NCBI GenBank assembly: GCA_019057475.1
Contig: DXJO01000038.1
Location: 32,001-96,000 of the forward strand
Direction: 5' to 3'
Length of the DNA stretch: 64,000 nt
From: Candidatus Thorarchaeota archaeon
GTDB taxonomy: Archaea; Asgardarchaeota; Thorarchaeia; Thorarchaeales; Thorarchaeaceae
Shown here piece after piece: positions 38,071-48,273 of this stretch. A model generated the notes under the pieces. It was not told the DNA's origin. It saw nothing but the letters and a program-made list of their open reading frames with translations, and did no database searches. The translations under genes were made by a program, and so were the position numbers. Numbering within the stretch: position 1 is the first letter of the stretch; each line of letters starts with the position of its first letter.

Positions 38071-39003
38071 TCACGCATCCTTGACCTTTGCTTTATTCCG
38101 TGGTATGAGAAAACCATTCTCATCGCGCATAGCATCCGGATTGATCCTGAAAAGCTCGCTCAAAGCAAACCTCGTACTCGATGCATCTTTCTCGCGACCC
38201 ATCTCATTGTAGATTTCGACTAGTTGCTCCCATCCATCTACGAAGTCAGGCCTGAGATTCAAGGACCTCTGTATTGCATACTCAGCTTGTTTCAGATACC
38301 CCCCTTCCATATACATCTGGGATAGCCGCCACCAATGGTCCATCTCATTATTCCCTAATTCTACAACTCGTTCCTGTGCTCTAATCCCCTCTCTAAGCCG
38401 CGCCTGCGCATACAGGGTCCTTGCGAGTAAGGCCCAAGCTCTCAAATCGCTCTGATTATTCTCGATAATGGAGCGCGTTAAGTTCTCAGCTTCTTGATAT
38501 CTTTCCACATGAACCAACATTATCGCAAAGAAGAGGCGACTGTTCCTATCTTCGGAATCAATCTCCAGGGCTCTCCTAAAGGCCGATTCGGCTTCTTCAT
38601 TTATCACGTCAGTGAACAGTACTCCGAGTGTACACCACACCTTCACATTGTCAGGCTGCAGTTTCACTGCTTTCTGTAGAAACATCTCAGCTTCATTCCA
38701 TCGATCATCTATGGTCATGAGATAAGCTGCATAAGCTGTCATGGCCCACCAGTGATCTGGATCTATGCGAAGAGCAGTAAGATAGCAGGTTTCTGCATTC
38801 TCATAATTCCCTGTGCTGGCTAGTAGCCTTCCAAGATTCGCCCATGGCTCCACGAAGACTGGGTCGTACCCGATTGATTTCTTGTAAGCTTCAAGGGCTT
38901 CTTGGTGTTTGCCGTTCTCTGCAAGTCTATTTGCCCTCTTGTTCCATTCATATGCATCCTTACTCGCTGTCATTATTTCTCTCAATTGCTGATGAATCGC
39001 CAT
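38071..39003 (-). CDS. Tetratricopeptide-repeat protein
   Basis: Repeated TPR units (EAL.AY..SI..DP...W..LG); the longer ORF start overlaps the tRNA, so a start at 39003 or 38973 is preferred. Confidence 0.88.
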   Translation of the reverse strand: MAIHQQLREIMTASKDAYEWNKRANRLAENGKHQEALEAYKKSIGYDPVFVEPWANLGRLLASTGNYENAETCYLTALRIDPDHWWAMTAYAAYLMTIDDRWNEAEMFLQKAVKLQPDNVKVWCTLGVLFTDVINEEAESAFRRALEIDSEDRNSRLFFAIMLVHVERYQEAENLTRSIIENNQSDLRAWALLARTLYAQARLREGIRAQERVVELGNNEMDHWWRLSQMYMEGGYLKQAEYAIQRSLNLRPDFVDGWEQLVEIYNEMGREKDASSTRFALSELFRINPDAMRDENGFLIPRNKAKVKDA

Positions 39004-39145
39004 TCCTATTGAAGTCCTATTGGCCACAGAATCCAAGTTGCTGCACTTTGACCAAGCGCTCTGGTGCAAGAAACCTCTCGAGCCAATCTTGCCAGCGCTA
39101 TCTTGATGTTCAATATGATGAGCAATTTGGAATGAAGAGAAGAAA

Positions 39146-39259
39146 TGGTAGCGGGTGAATGATTCGAACATTCGATCTCAGGGTTCCTCAAATGCCCGTT
39201 TCTTAAAAAACAGGCTTAATATGAGCCCTGCGGGATAGGCCTGGCTTCCCCAACCCGCT
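39146..39259 (-). tRNA. Initiator tRNA-Met(CAU) with a 35-nt intron at 37/38 (39185-39219), CCA encoded
   Basis: AGCGGGU/ACCCGCU acceptor stem with A1-U72; three G-C pairs in the anticodon stem CAGGG/CCCUG; CUCAUA loop; T-arm GAAUG-UUCGAAU-CAUUC; bulge-helix-bulge CUCA/UGAG. Confidence 0.95.
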
Positions 39260-39495
39260 ATTTGAACAAACAGGTGCCAGAATGAAAACATTCTCGCTGC
39301 TTGCATCTCTCGAATCACGTCACGCGGGTTTTAAGGGTTTTCATAGGCCGAGTCAAGAAGCTTTCTTTCGTTTCTGTCTTCGCCGTTCTCTCGCCTCGTC
39401 TTCCTTCAGTGGGGTGTATAAGACCTATCAATGCATCCAGAACTGACAAATGCTATCCTACATGATGAGAAGCTACAATCATCCGGTGAGGGACA

Positions 39496-39753
39496 ATGAT
39501 TTTCGAGTTGGCGCTACTTGCAGTTATCTACACAATCTGGATCGTTCTGCTAGTCAACGCCATGGTTTCAAGCGAGGAGGTATCACTCACCATTGCTACC
39601 TTGCCCTTCATAGTGACTTTCCCACTCGCCCTGCTCCTGGCAGCGTCAGCGGAGGTCACTATGCCAGGGGTCTTCGCAATCGATGTCCTACTCACGTTGG
39701 TCGTTGGGGTATTACTCTTCGTGAGATGGGTTATGGCCATAGTTGGCGAATAG
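39496..39753 (+). CDS. Small membrane protein
   Basis: Three hydrophobic segments in 85 aa. Confidence 0.6.
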   Translation: MIFELALLAVIYTIWIVLLVNAMVSSEEVSLTIATLPFIVTFPLALLLAASAEVTMPGVFAIDVLLTLVVGVLLFVRWVMAIVGE

Positions 39754-39792
39754 ACTCACAGAAGAAGGATGCAGAAATAGAATTACACGGGC

Positions 39793-39954
39793 TTACTTGC
39801 CCTTGCGCTTGAACTCGGTATAGCCACAGCGCCCGCAGGCGAACCGGTCATAGTGTTCGGCCATGAATGTGCCTTTCTCGCATCGCGGGCACGTTCTCTT
39901 GGTCGATGTGACCTCTCCAGTCTTGGTGTCGACTTTGTACATCTTGTGACCCAC
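39793..39954 (-). CDS. rps27ae: 30S ribosomal protein S27ae (53 aa; absent from the ORF track)
   Basis: GTG start; MGHKMYKVD..RTCPRCEKGTFMAEHYDRFACGRCGYTEFK; directly after S24e. Confidence 0.93.
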   Translation of the reverse strand: MGHKMYKVDTKTGEVTSTKRTCPRCEKGTFMAEHYDRFACGRCGYTEFKRKGK

Positions 39955-40260
39955 TTACTTGCCCTCCTCTTTCTTCGCTTCATTCCTTTTGATCATATAG
40001 GCCAGCTCGATTCTCTTCATCTGCTCTGGGTCTGAGTAGATTCTAGCAGTGCCCTCGGTGATACCAACGCCAAACTTCGTTGTGAGTGTTTCTATAGCAA
40101 CAGCCAATGGGTCTGCATCAAACTGTGCGACAATCTTGGACTTGATGTCCGCCCTGCTTGGAGTTGTGCCTCCAACATGATCAACTCTGAAGTCGATCTC
40201 TCTCCTAGCGAGGGGCTTGTTGTCTTTTTCGCGAAGAATTTCAATCTTCATCGGCATCAC
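39955..40260 (-). CDS. rps24e: 30S ribosomal protein S24e
   Basis: NKPLARREI, TPSR, TKFG..ARIY. Confidence 0.95.
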   Translation of the reverse strand: MMPMKIEILREKDNKPLARREIDFRVDHVGGTTPSRADIKSKIVAQFDADPLAVAIETLTTKFGVGITEGTARIYSDPEQMKRIELAYMIKRNEAKKEEGK

Positions 40261-40361
40261 TTCTAGTTCTATGACCTCCCCTGAGGCCAGTCAGCCCTCC
40301 CACCAGGGGTTGTCTAATAAAGCTTTCACCATCAACAACGTAAACGCGATGTCTGTTCGTC

Positions 40362-40574
40362 TTACCGAACCTTCAGAGCGTACTTACCCGGCTTCTCGAT
40401 GTTGAGACGTTCTGCGATATACGATGTCTTCCGTGGGTCATCTTTTGGATTTCTACCTGGCAGAATCACAACAATGCCTGTGTATGACGTAGACAGACTC
40501 GTACTCTTACAATTTGGACACTGAGTTTCGTTAGTCAAGTAGTGACAATCTCTGCACGCCTTTAGTTTTGCCAC
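40362..40574 (-). CDS. spt4: Transcription elongation factor Spt4 (RpoE'')
   Basis: ACRDC..CPNC, PGKYALKVR. Confidence 0.95.
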   Translation of the reverse strand: MAKLKACRDCHYLTNETQCPNCKSTSLSTSYTGIVVILPGRNPKDDPRKTSYIAERLNIEKPGKYALKVR

Positions 40575-40590
40575 GTGATTTCCCTCTCAG

Positions 40591-41193
40591 CTATTTCTTC
40601 TTCTTTTTCTTGTCCTTCTTCCCTGTTTCGCCCCTTGCAGCCCTAACATCATCCTCGACCCACGAGAGCTGAGGCCCTATTTTACCGAGGAAGGGTTGGC
40701 GCATGGTTAGACCCAGTTTGCCTGACCGAGATCCAGACTCGAAGCTTATGGAAGTTATTCGGGCACGAACTTGGTCGCCCTCCGAGAGGGTTCTGCCAGT
40801 TTCCTTGCCAAGCAGAGCACTTCCTTTCGTGTCCTGCGTAATGAAGTCATCACAAATTTGACTCACGTGGCAGAGACCGTCAAGTGGTCCCATTCGGATG
40901 AACGCACCGAAGTCCATCAGCTCAACCACGTTGCCCTCCACAATCTCTTGTCTGATTGGCTTGAAGACTAGGACTTTGTATGCGACGCTGTGGTATGTCG
41001 CACCGTCACCGGGCATCAGACGACCTTGGCCAATATCGTCAATATCTATGACTGCAATCACGAGACCTATGTCTCTATCCAGTACGTTCTCGTGGTTCTT
41101 CCTTAGGTGGTTCATGGCCGCCGCTTCCATGGGCTGACCAAACTCCTTCGGGGGAATCCGTACGATGTCTCTCACCGTGACAATGCTGTACAT
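40591..41193 (-). CDS. rpoE1: RNA polymerase subunit E' (Rpo7)
   Basis: VRIPP, GDGATY, FGAFIRMGPLDGLCHVSQI, LTMRQPFLGK. Confidence 0.96.
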   Translation of the reverse strand: MYSIVTVRDIVRIPPKEFGQPMEAAAMNHLRKNHENVLDRDIGLVIAVIDIDDIGQGRLMPGDGATYHSVAYKVLVFKPIRQEIVEGNVVELMDFGAFIRMGPLDGLCHVSQICDDFITQDTKGSALLGKETGRTLSEGDQVRARITSISFESGSRSGKLGLTMRQPFLGKIGPQLSWVEDDVRAARGETGKKDKKKKKK

Positions 41194-41324
41194 TTACAGA
41201 CGCACCTCATATACATGACAACTTCTCGTAGAACAATCAGACCCTAGTCGCAACCACAGTGGTCCGGACCCTACGGCTCAGCGATGCATCAATTTGGTGC
41301 GAATAAAAACGTTGTGACATTGAC

Positions 41325-41732
41325 TCAAAAAACGGACCCTTCAAGGACCACTCTTTTCTTGCCTCTAAGCAATAACACTGGTATTCTGCGTTCTCGGGCT
41401 TTCCTTCTGAGTTCTCTATCGTTTGTGGCCAGTGCGCCCTTGACTAAAATTGCATACTCGAGAAGCTGGTCATCGACTGGCATTGCTGTTAGCGATTCTG
41501 GGACCTTGACCACCTTACATCTTTGGATGAGATCCCTGGCAATTTTGAAAACATACCTATCTGTTTTCCCAGCGCCTAGTCCCCCTTTCAATTCGATTTC
41601 TTTGACAGTTGACTCCAGCAGCACGAACTCCACTCGCCTCTCTAGCACTCGCTCAATTTCAGAGAATATGTCTACTCCGAACTGTGCAGGCACTGCTAGG
41701 AAGTTTGTATCCAGTATAACTTGGTATGCCAC
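41325..41732 (-). CDS. PIN-domain protein (Fcf1/Utp24-like)
   Basis: VILDTNFL, VDD.LL, ATNDRELR; conserved position after aIF2-gamma. Confidence 0.9.
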   Translation of the reverse strand: MAYQVILDTNFLAVPAQFGVDIFSEIERVLERRVEFVLLESTVKEIELKGGLGAGKTDRYVFKIARDLIQRCKVVKVPESLTAMPVDDQLLEYAILVKGALATNDRELRRKARERRIPVLLLRGKKRVVLEGSVF

Positions 41733-41749
41733 TTTACTCACAGGACCAA

Positions 41750-42991
41750 TCAGACGACTGCATGACCTATCAATCGCCACTTATTCTCGACTCTTCGACC
41801 GATTGCGATACGCTGTCCCTTCTTGACACACACTGGCCGTTTCAGTTCGAGCTCGACTTCATCTCCATGAAGCTTGGTAATGATTCCCACTGTGGGTGCG
41901 GTTCCAACAACGAGCATCAGAGGTTCCTTTAGTCTTAGATTGTCAACCTCTTTCTTTGATTCCATTCCCACAACTCTTTCCATAAGCTCGGGCTTAATCA
42001 TGAGTTTGTACACTGCTTTTGGCGTTTTTCCTGCTTTGCCAACAATGTTGCCTACAAGCCTATCAGCGCGTGTGAAGGCTGGGTCCAAACCTGTACCGAC
42101 ACCAATCAATCCCCCAGGGTAAGCCTCTTCCAGCTGATTTCCGCTGCCCGAGAGCAGACTTGTAATCTTAGCCTTGATGGGTTTGAATCCCTTCTCAGTC
42201 TTTGCGCCAGGAGAAATCTCTATCTCATCACCAATCTTGAGTTTTCCCTGGATGATCGAGCCGCCAACTACTCCTCCCTGCAAATCAGCTGGTAGTGTGC
42301 CCGGTTTGTTGATATCAAAGGATCTGGCAACATACATCTTCGAATCGGCTTCATCATCTCTCTCTGGAGTTGGAATGACCTCCTCTACGGTTTGGATGAG
42401 GATATCTGCATTTGATCCGAAAACGGCCGATATCGGTATTATTGGAGCATTTTCCGCGACTGTTCCCTTGACGAACTCCTTTATTTGCTGATAGTGCTTC
42501 AAGGCCTGCTCCTTGGAAACAAGCTCAATCTTATTCTGCACGATTATAATATTCCTGACTCCAGTGATATCTAGTGCGTGAAGATGCTCAGAGGTCTGTG
42601 GCATAGGGCATGGCTCATCTGCAGCTATCACCAGAATGGCGCCGTCCATCAGGCTAGCTCCACTAAGGCAGGTAGCCATCAGTGACTCGTGGCCAGGACT
42701 GTCTACAAATGATATCTCTCTGAGTGTTTCGAGCTTGCCGCCGCATTTCGCACACTTTCCTTCCTTTGCCATGTGCGACGTCGTGTACGCGTCGGGTTCG
42801 GGGCATTTTGTGCACTTCATTATAGTGGTAGCAGCATAGCCGAGTCGGATAGATATGCCACGTCTGACCTCATCAGAGTGACGATCAGTCCACTCTCCCG
42901 TGATGAGCTCCACCATCGTTGTCTTGCCGTGGTCGACATGGCCCAATGCGCCTATATTGACTTCAGACTGTCCCTCGTATTTCCTAGTCAC
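41750..42991 (-). CDS. eif2g: Translation initiation factor 2 gamma subunit
   Basis: [30 protein letters not shown]. Confidence 0.97.
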   Translation of the reverse strand: MTRKYEGQSEVNIGALGHVDHGKTTMVELITGEWTDRHSDEVRRGISIRLGYAATTIMKCTKCPEPDAYTTSHMAKEGKCAKCGGKLETLREISFVDSPGHESLMATCLSGASLMDGAILVIAADEPCPMPQTSEHLHALDITGVRNIIIVQNKIELVSKEQALKHYQQIKEFVKGTVAENAPIIPISAVFGSNADILIQTVEEVIPTPERDDEADSKMYVARSFDINKPGTLPADLQGGVVGGSIIQGKLKIGDEIEISPGAKTEKGFKPIKAKITSLLSGSGNQLEEAYPGGLIGVGTGLDPAFTRADRLVGNIVGKAGKTPKAVYKLMIKPELMERVVGMESKKEVDNLRLKEPLMLVVGTAPTVGIITKLHGDEVELELKRPVCVKKGQRIAIGRRVENKWRLIGHAVV

Positions 42992-43129
42992 CTAGTCTTC
43001 ACTTCCGGCTGCGCCTTGTTCGTTATGGTCGTCAAACTCATCTGGACCTCTTATGAAGTCTATGGTTTAAATGGAGAGATATCGCGTTAAGGCCTGCTAT
43101 AGTGGCTCCTCCAAAATAGCACTCAGAAA

Positions 43130-43513
43130 CTATGCAGCTTTCATAACCAGCTCTTTTAGCGGAGCTGCACCTTTCTCTTCGACCCGCATATTTACTTGTG
43201 CGATATCAGGGCCAAGCTCTCCACCTCGTACTGTCTTGCGCTTGGCAATCCCCTTCCTCTGGGGCCGAAATCCCGGTGGTCCTCGTATCAACACCCTCTT
43301 CTTTCCGCTACCATGAACGCCAGGTCGTATTGGAAAACCAGAAGAGTCGCTGCCGCCGGTAATCTTAAGCTTGTATCCTGGCAGGCCAATTACATCCCCC
43401 TCAATTATCTCTCCCACCGTTTTGCCAACCAGAGCATTTGTTTTTGCATCATCTAATTCATACTGGATGGCCTTTCCCGATTCGGGATCGCTGATTACTA
43501 GTTTGAATGGCAC
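43130..43513 (-). CDS. rps6e: 30S ribosomal protein S6e
   Basis: KLVISDP, ITGGSDSSGFP, RKTVRG. Confidence 0.96.
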   Translation of the reverse strand: MPFKLVISDPESGKAIQYELDDAKTNALVGKTVGEIIEGDVIGLPGYKLKITGGSDSSGFPIRPGVHGSGKKRVLIRGPPGFRPQRKGIAKRKTVRGGELGPDIAQVNMRVEEKGAAPLKELVMKAA

Positions 43514-43539
43514 TTATCGATTCGCCTACCTGATGATAT

Positions 43540-43631
43540 AGGGATGTCCGAAGTGGACTCCAACGGTAGCGAAAGTTGGTCACTTTATGAGGATTGTGGT
43601 CAGGCCGGACGGAAACGCAGGTCACATCCCT
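43540..43631 (-). promoter_or_regulatory. Structured leader or sRNA upstream of rps6e
   Basis: 8-bp terminal helix AGGGAUGU/ACAUCCCU, internal hairpin, AUGUGA...CUGA C/D-like boxes. Confidence 0.45.
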
Positions 43632-43701
43632 GACACAAGCATTATAACAATCACAGGCTTTGCCCCGCAATCGGCACGTGCTCCGCCAGAAGTGATATCT
43701 T

Positions 43702-44877
43702 ATGGACCCAATGATTGTGCTCTTTATTATCGCAGCTATCTACATTGTGCTCTACATTGTCGGCAAAGCGATTGGAGTCAAAAAGCTGAGCGAGAGAGGT
43801 CTTGAGATCGGCACACCCTTCTTCTTGATGTTCAAGACGGAGCGATTGAACGCATTTCTTACGAAAATGGGTAAGAAGTTTCCAAAGGCATTCTTCAACC
43901 TGGGCATAATCGTTGCCTTTGGTGGGATGGCATTTGGCTTCTGGATGTTCGCAGAGAATCTGCTCAAGTTCTTCATTCAGCCTGCTACGGCTGGTGGCGT
44001 GGTTCCGATAATCCCGGGAGTCACCATAACCGGCCTGCCACTATACTACATGATAATTGCTCTCGCAGTCACTCTTCTAACTCATGAGTTTGCGCACGGG
44101 TTAGCTTCATCCCGAGATGACATTCCCATTAAGAGTTCAGGTCTCATCTCCTTTTTCGTACTCTTCGGCGCCTTTGTAGAGCCCGATGAGGAATACTTCG
44201 AGAAGGAAGCAAGTCCAAGAGCACGCATGCGTCTTCTTGCTGCTGGTTCATATGCCAACCTAATCTGGGGACTCATTTTCCTTCTCATCATCGCCAACTT
44301 TACTCCTATGATGTCTATTGCGTTCAACTCTCCCAGTGGAGCATACATTTACGATGTTTCTTCAGGAACGCCTGCCGCCGACGCAACTCTGCAAATAGGC
44401 GACGTCATTATTGGACTCAACGATACAACAATTGAAAGCTGGAGCGATGTCGGCTTGTATATGACTGATACCGAGTCGGGAGCCACGCTCACAATACATC
44501 GCTTGAGCAACTACTCCCTCACAGTAACGCTTGCAGCGCACAAAGACAACGCATCCAGAGGCTACATAGGTGTGTATGGTGCTGACTACTGGGAACCAAA
44601 GACTGGTTGGGGCTGGATTCCTGGAGGCCCGATGTTCGCGTTCCACATGCAGCAGATACTACAGTGGTGTTTCCTAATCCTGATTTCAGTTGCTCTCTTC
44701 AATCTCCTTCCAATACCAATGCTGGATGGTGACAAACTGCTGTCTAATGGATTGAGCCTATTCATTGATGATGAGAAGACAATCAAACTGATCATGTGGC
44801 CTATGAGAATCTTATCATTATCCATAGTGCTTCTTAGCATCGGCCTCTCTCTATGGTTTGGAAAGGGTCTATTCTAG
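43702..44877 (+). CDS. Site-2 protease (M50) with PDZ domain
   Basis: HEFAH, GAFVEPD, FNLLPIPMLDG. Confidence 0.93.
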   Translation: MDPMIVLFIIAAIYIVLYIVGKAIGVKKLSERGLEIGTPFFLMFKTERLNAFLTKMGKKFPKAFFNLGIIVAFGGMAFGFWMFAENLLKFFIQPATAGGVVPIIPGVTITGLPLYYMIIALAVTLLTHEFAHGLASSRDDIPIKSSGLISFFVLFGAFVEPDEEYFEKEASPRARMRLLAAGSYANLIWGLIFLLIIANFTPMMSIAFNSPSGAYIYDVSSGTPAADATLQIGDVIIGLNDTTIESWSDVGLYMTDTESGATLTIHRLSNYSLTVTLAAHKDNASRGYIGVYGADYWEPKTGWGWIPGGPMFAFHMQQILQWCFLILISVALFNLLPIPMLDGDKLLSNGLSLFIDDEKTIKLIMWPMRILSLSIVLLSIGLSLWFGKGLF

Positions 44878-44994
44878 CTGCGCCATGGCTCAGTTGGAAA
44901 CAGAGCGGTACTCAGTATATTATCACGCCATTCCATCTAGCTTGGGATTCTCGGACCTAAAAAGGAACTATAGGGACATTCCGAATGATACAAA

Positions 44995-45417
44995 ATGATA
45001 AGCACTCAGATTGGGACAGTATCTGATGTCCGTGAAAAAACCAGAAAGGCGCTTACCGACTATCTTACAATGTTTCTACCTGGATCGTGGCAAGAACCAC
45101 TTGCAAAGCTGAAACTGATACTTCAGCTAAATGAAGCGATTGACTGGGAGGCCCTGAAGGGACACACTCTGTTATTCTTTGATGAGATGCGTCTCTCCGA
45201 TGATCGTGTAGAAGCATTGGCTCGTATCGAACGCGTTGCTGAGGCCTTCAAGGGGATCCATAGCACCCTGTCACCTGCAGATTGGCACAGAACGGTAGAT
45301 GATATCATCCAAGCTGCGAACTTCCGTGCGTCAAAGGTTGCAGTTCAGGCTAGACAGGTCCGGCCGTTAGTCAAGGAGAAGGATGAATCACCTAAAGAAC
45401 TGCGTTCCAAAAAATAG
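44995..45417 (+). CDS. Hypothetical protein
   Basis: Open frame, helical composition. Confidence 0.6.
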   Translation: MISTQIGTVSDVREKTRKALTDYLTMFLPGSWQEPLAKLKLILQLNEAIDWEALKGHTLLFFDEMRLSDDRVEALARIERVAEAFKGIHSTLSPADWHRTVDDIIQAANFRASKVAVQARQVRPLVKEKDESPKELRSKK

Positions 45418-45497
45418 CACCTTGTTTCCTCCATCCTCTATCAGATGTAAACAAGCAGTTTTAACGAGACTGCTACAGAGGTCTGTCGGAGTGTCCG

Positions 45498-46442
45498 ATG
45501 TCCCAGAAATGCTCGAAGTGTGATTCCCCTGCCGTGTACTTGCGGCGATACACGTCGGAAGCACTTTGCAAGTCATGTCTAATCAAGACAACACTAAGCC
45601 GCGTTAGACGCACAATTAACCGCAAGAAGATGCTCCAAAGGGATGATCGAGTAGCGGTGGCCATCTCTGGTGGGAAAGATAGCGCAGTCTTACTGGACGT
45701 GCTTCACCGGATTGAAAGCAACTTTCCCGATTCAGAGCTTATTCCAGTAACAATTGATGAGGGCATTAAGGGATACAGGGACGAGGCGCTGGAATCAGCA
45801 AAGACACTTACGCATTCATTGGGACTGAAGCTCGAGATCCGATCGTTTGAGGACATATTCGGGCTTTCACTGGATGAGATAGTGCAACTTCGCAGCGACA
45901 TCACTGTTGGTGCTTGTTCATACTGTGGTGTCTTAAGGCGGAGAGCGCTAAACATTGCAGCTTTCGATATCGGTGCTGATGTCATAGCCACCGGTCATAA
46001 TCTTGATGACGAAGCACAGACAATCATGATGAACATGATGCGCGGTGATAGTCAGCGAATTGTGCGAACTAATCGCCCTCGGGACAAGCCTGTTGAGGGG
46101 CTAGTTTCCCGTATCAAGCCCATACTAGAGTTATCCGAGCGTGATGTTGTCGCGTATTCCCATCATCTTGAACTGCCCTACCATGATGTGCCATGCCCCT
46201 ACTACAGGGAGGCAATGCGCAACGATTTGAGGGATTTCTTAAATGAGATGGAGCACAAACGTCCGGGAACTCTTCTTGCGATTCTTCGTTCGGGTGAGGC
46301 AATTACTGCATCTTTAGAAGCGAATTCACACGCACTCCAATCTGAAAGGTGCGAGAAGTGTGGAGAGGTTACTTCTGGCCGGATCTGCAAGGTATGCAGA
46401 TTGATGGATGAATTGCCAAAAAAGAAGAGGATAGCTGGTTAG
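45498..46442 (+). CDS. tRNA 2-thiouridine synthesis protein (NcsA/TtuA/Ctu1 family)
   Basis: Zn fingers at both ends, SGGKDS PP-loop, CSYCGV, TGHNLDD. Confidence 0.92.
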   Translation: MSQKCSKCDSPAVYLRRYTSEALCKSCLIKTTLSRVRRTINRKKMLQRDDRVAVAISGGKDSAVLLDVLHRIESNFPDSELIPVTIDEGIKGYRDEALESAKTLTHSLGLKLEIRSFEDIFGLSLDEIVQLRSDITVGACSYCGVLRRRALNIAAFDIGADVIATGHNLDDEAQTIMMNMMRGDSQRIVRTNRPRDKPVEGLVSRIKPILELSERDVVAYSHHLELPYHDVPCPYYREAMRNDLRDFLNEMEHKRPGTLLAILRSGEAITASLEANSHALQSERCEKCGEVTSGRICKVCRLMDELPKKKRIAG

Positions 46443-46443
46443 T

Positions 46444-47145
46444 ATGTCCAAGAAGCCTGAAACTCTTCATGACAGTCGCATATTCACCTATGATGATTCC
46501 CACTGGGAACTCCTGAACGAGCTAAGAGAGAGAGCACTTGAGGTGATGCAGGCACTACAGGACAATGGTGTCACTTCGTTTGTGTACGGCTCAGTCGCCA
46601 GAGGGGATGTCAGCAAATTATCTGATATCGATATCATCATTCCCTATACGATGTCCAGCTACAAGCTCGAGATTGCAATTGGCTCGGGCATTAGGAGAGA
46701 GCTTGTTCAAGCAACTCCTTCTATGGTCCTAAAGGGGCACATCTGTCTTGAGAATGACATTGTAGTCACTTTTCCCCTCTTCAAGTTCAAGTCGCGGGAG
46801 GAGGAGTTCTACCGATGGGGTGGACAAATGAGCACCAGCCAACTCATCGAAAGAATCCGTGTTCCTGGTGTTGACAAGAGATTGATTCTGATTGAGCCTA
46901 GCGAAACGGGACATGTGGAACGCGGCGTCATTGGCTACGAACATATGGCAGCGAAGAAGGTGGGTGTAAGCATTGATATCGCAAAGGATAGGGTACGAGT
47001 GCTCACTCGTCGTGATAGTGTTGGTCGCACAGGTGTCTACTTAACCAGAAACCTCTCTCCGGATGAGAGCTTCGAGGCTGTTGCTAAGGACCTAATGGAC
47101 AGTGACCCAGCTCTGCGACGCACAATTAAAAGACGTGAGAAATAG
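46444..47145 (+). CDS. Minimal-type nucleotidyltransferase (archaeal)
   Basis: YGSVARGDV..SDID, PGVDKRL, GRTGV. Confidence 0.85.
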   Translation: MSKKPETLHDSRIFTYDDSHWELLNELRERALEVMQALQDNGVTSFVYGSVARGDVSKLSDIDIIIPYTMSSYKLEIAIGSGIRRELVQATPSMVLKGHICLENDIVVTFPLFKFKSREEEFYRWGGQMSTSQLIERIRVPGVDKRLILIEPSETGHVERGVIGYEHMAAKKVGVSIDIAKDRVRVLTRRDSVGRTGVYLTRNLSPDESFEAVAKDLMDSDPALRRTIKRREK

Positions 47146-47148
47146 GGG

Positions 47149-48273
47149 GTGTGCGAAATGACTCGTTCAGTCCGTTCAATCAGTGGTGATTCACTTCTCG
47201 TTGGTGAGCTACCTCGGGGGTGTTCGCTCTGTACTAAGGGCTCAAAGATGGTCCTCTTTGTTACTGGTCTGTGCAACAGCTCGTGTTACTACTGCCCGCT
47301 GTCAAAAGACAAGGTAGGCAAGGATGTTGTATTCGCTGATGAGATGCCGGTTTCTGACGATAGTGACATGTTGTACGAGATTGAGGCAATCGGTGGTGAG
47401 GGGGCTGGCATCAGTGGAGGCGACCCTTTCTGCAGCATCGAGAGAACCCTGTACTACATCTCCCTTCTAAAGACCCGTCAGGGTGATGATTTTCACATTC
47501 ACCTCTATACGAGCCAAGCCAACGCTAATGAGAGTGTACTTCAGAGGTTGCGAGATGCTGGTCTCGACGAGATCCGATTCCACCCCCAAAGTAAGGACTG
47601 GTCTGGGATTTCATCTGCACTCAGAATAGGGCTGGATGTGGGGATAGAGGTGCCGGCACTGCCAGGCAAGGCGGAACAACTGAAGAATGTGGCTCGTAGA
47701 GCGGAGAAGATGGGCGTAGCGTTCATGAACATCAACGAACTGGAATCCAGTGAAACCAACTTCCAGCGCCTTGTGGCCCGCGGGATGCGACTCACAGACT
47801 TGGAGAGTGCAAGCATCGATGGCAGTGCAGATGTAGCAAGGGAGGTACTAGAGTGGACCTCCTCTAACTTGAAAACGCTCTCTGTTCACTATTGCTCCTC
47901 CCGATTCAAGGATTCCGTACAGATGCGTAACAGGCTTGAAAGGAGGCTGGTGCGTACAATGCGCGAGTTTGAGGAACGTGACGAGGATGAGCCTCTGCTC
48001 ATGTTGGGAATCATCCGGGGACATCTTAGTGAGAAACTAGATCAAAAACATCTGGATACTATTCAGCACATTCTGACATCTGAGTTCGAAGTTCCGATCC
48101 GTCTGATGAATGTTGACACAATTCGCATGCGAGTAGAGATTGCGCCATGGGTCCTGGAACAGATTGCTGATGAGCTCAAGCGCCTGCTGCCTCAAGATGT
48201 TGCAATGGAAATTGGCATCGCTCTCGAGTATCCATCTTGGGATCGACTTCAAACAATGTTCAGTCCGCTCTAA
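47149..48273 (+). CDS. Radical SAM protein (archaeal uncharacterised family)
   Basis: CNSSCYYC, SGGDP, HIHLYT, DEIRFHP. Confidence 0.9.
   Translation: MCEMTRSVRSISGDSLLVGELPRGCSLCTKGSKMVLFVTGLCNSSCYYCPLSKDKVGKDVVFADEMPVSDDSDMLYEIEAIGGEGAGISGGDPFCSIERTLYYISLLKTRQGDDFHIHLYTSQANANESVLQRLRDAGLDEIRFHPQSKDWSGISSALRIGLDVGIEVPALPGKAEQLKNVARRAEKMGVAFMNINELESSETNFQRLVARGMRLTDLESASIDGSADVAREVLEWTSSNLKTLSVHYCSSRFKDSVQMRNRLERRLVRTMREFEERDEDEPLLMLGIIRGHLSEKLDQKHLDTIQHILTSEFEVPIRLMNVDTIRMRVEIAPWVLEQIADELKRLLPQDVAMEIGIALEYPSWDRLQTMFSPL

Noticed and set aside
39783-39983. 66-aa ORF in the supplied track
   Set aside because: Wrong frame; the real gene here is S27ae at 39793-39954
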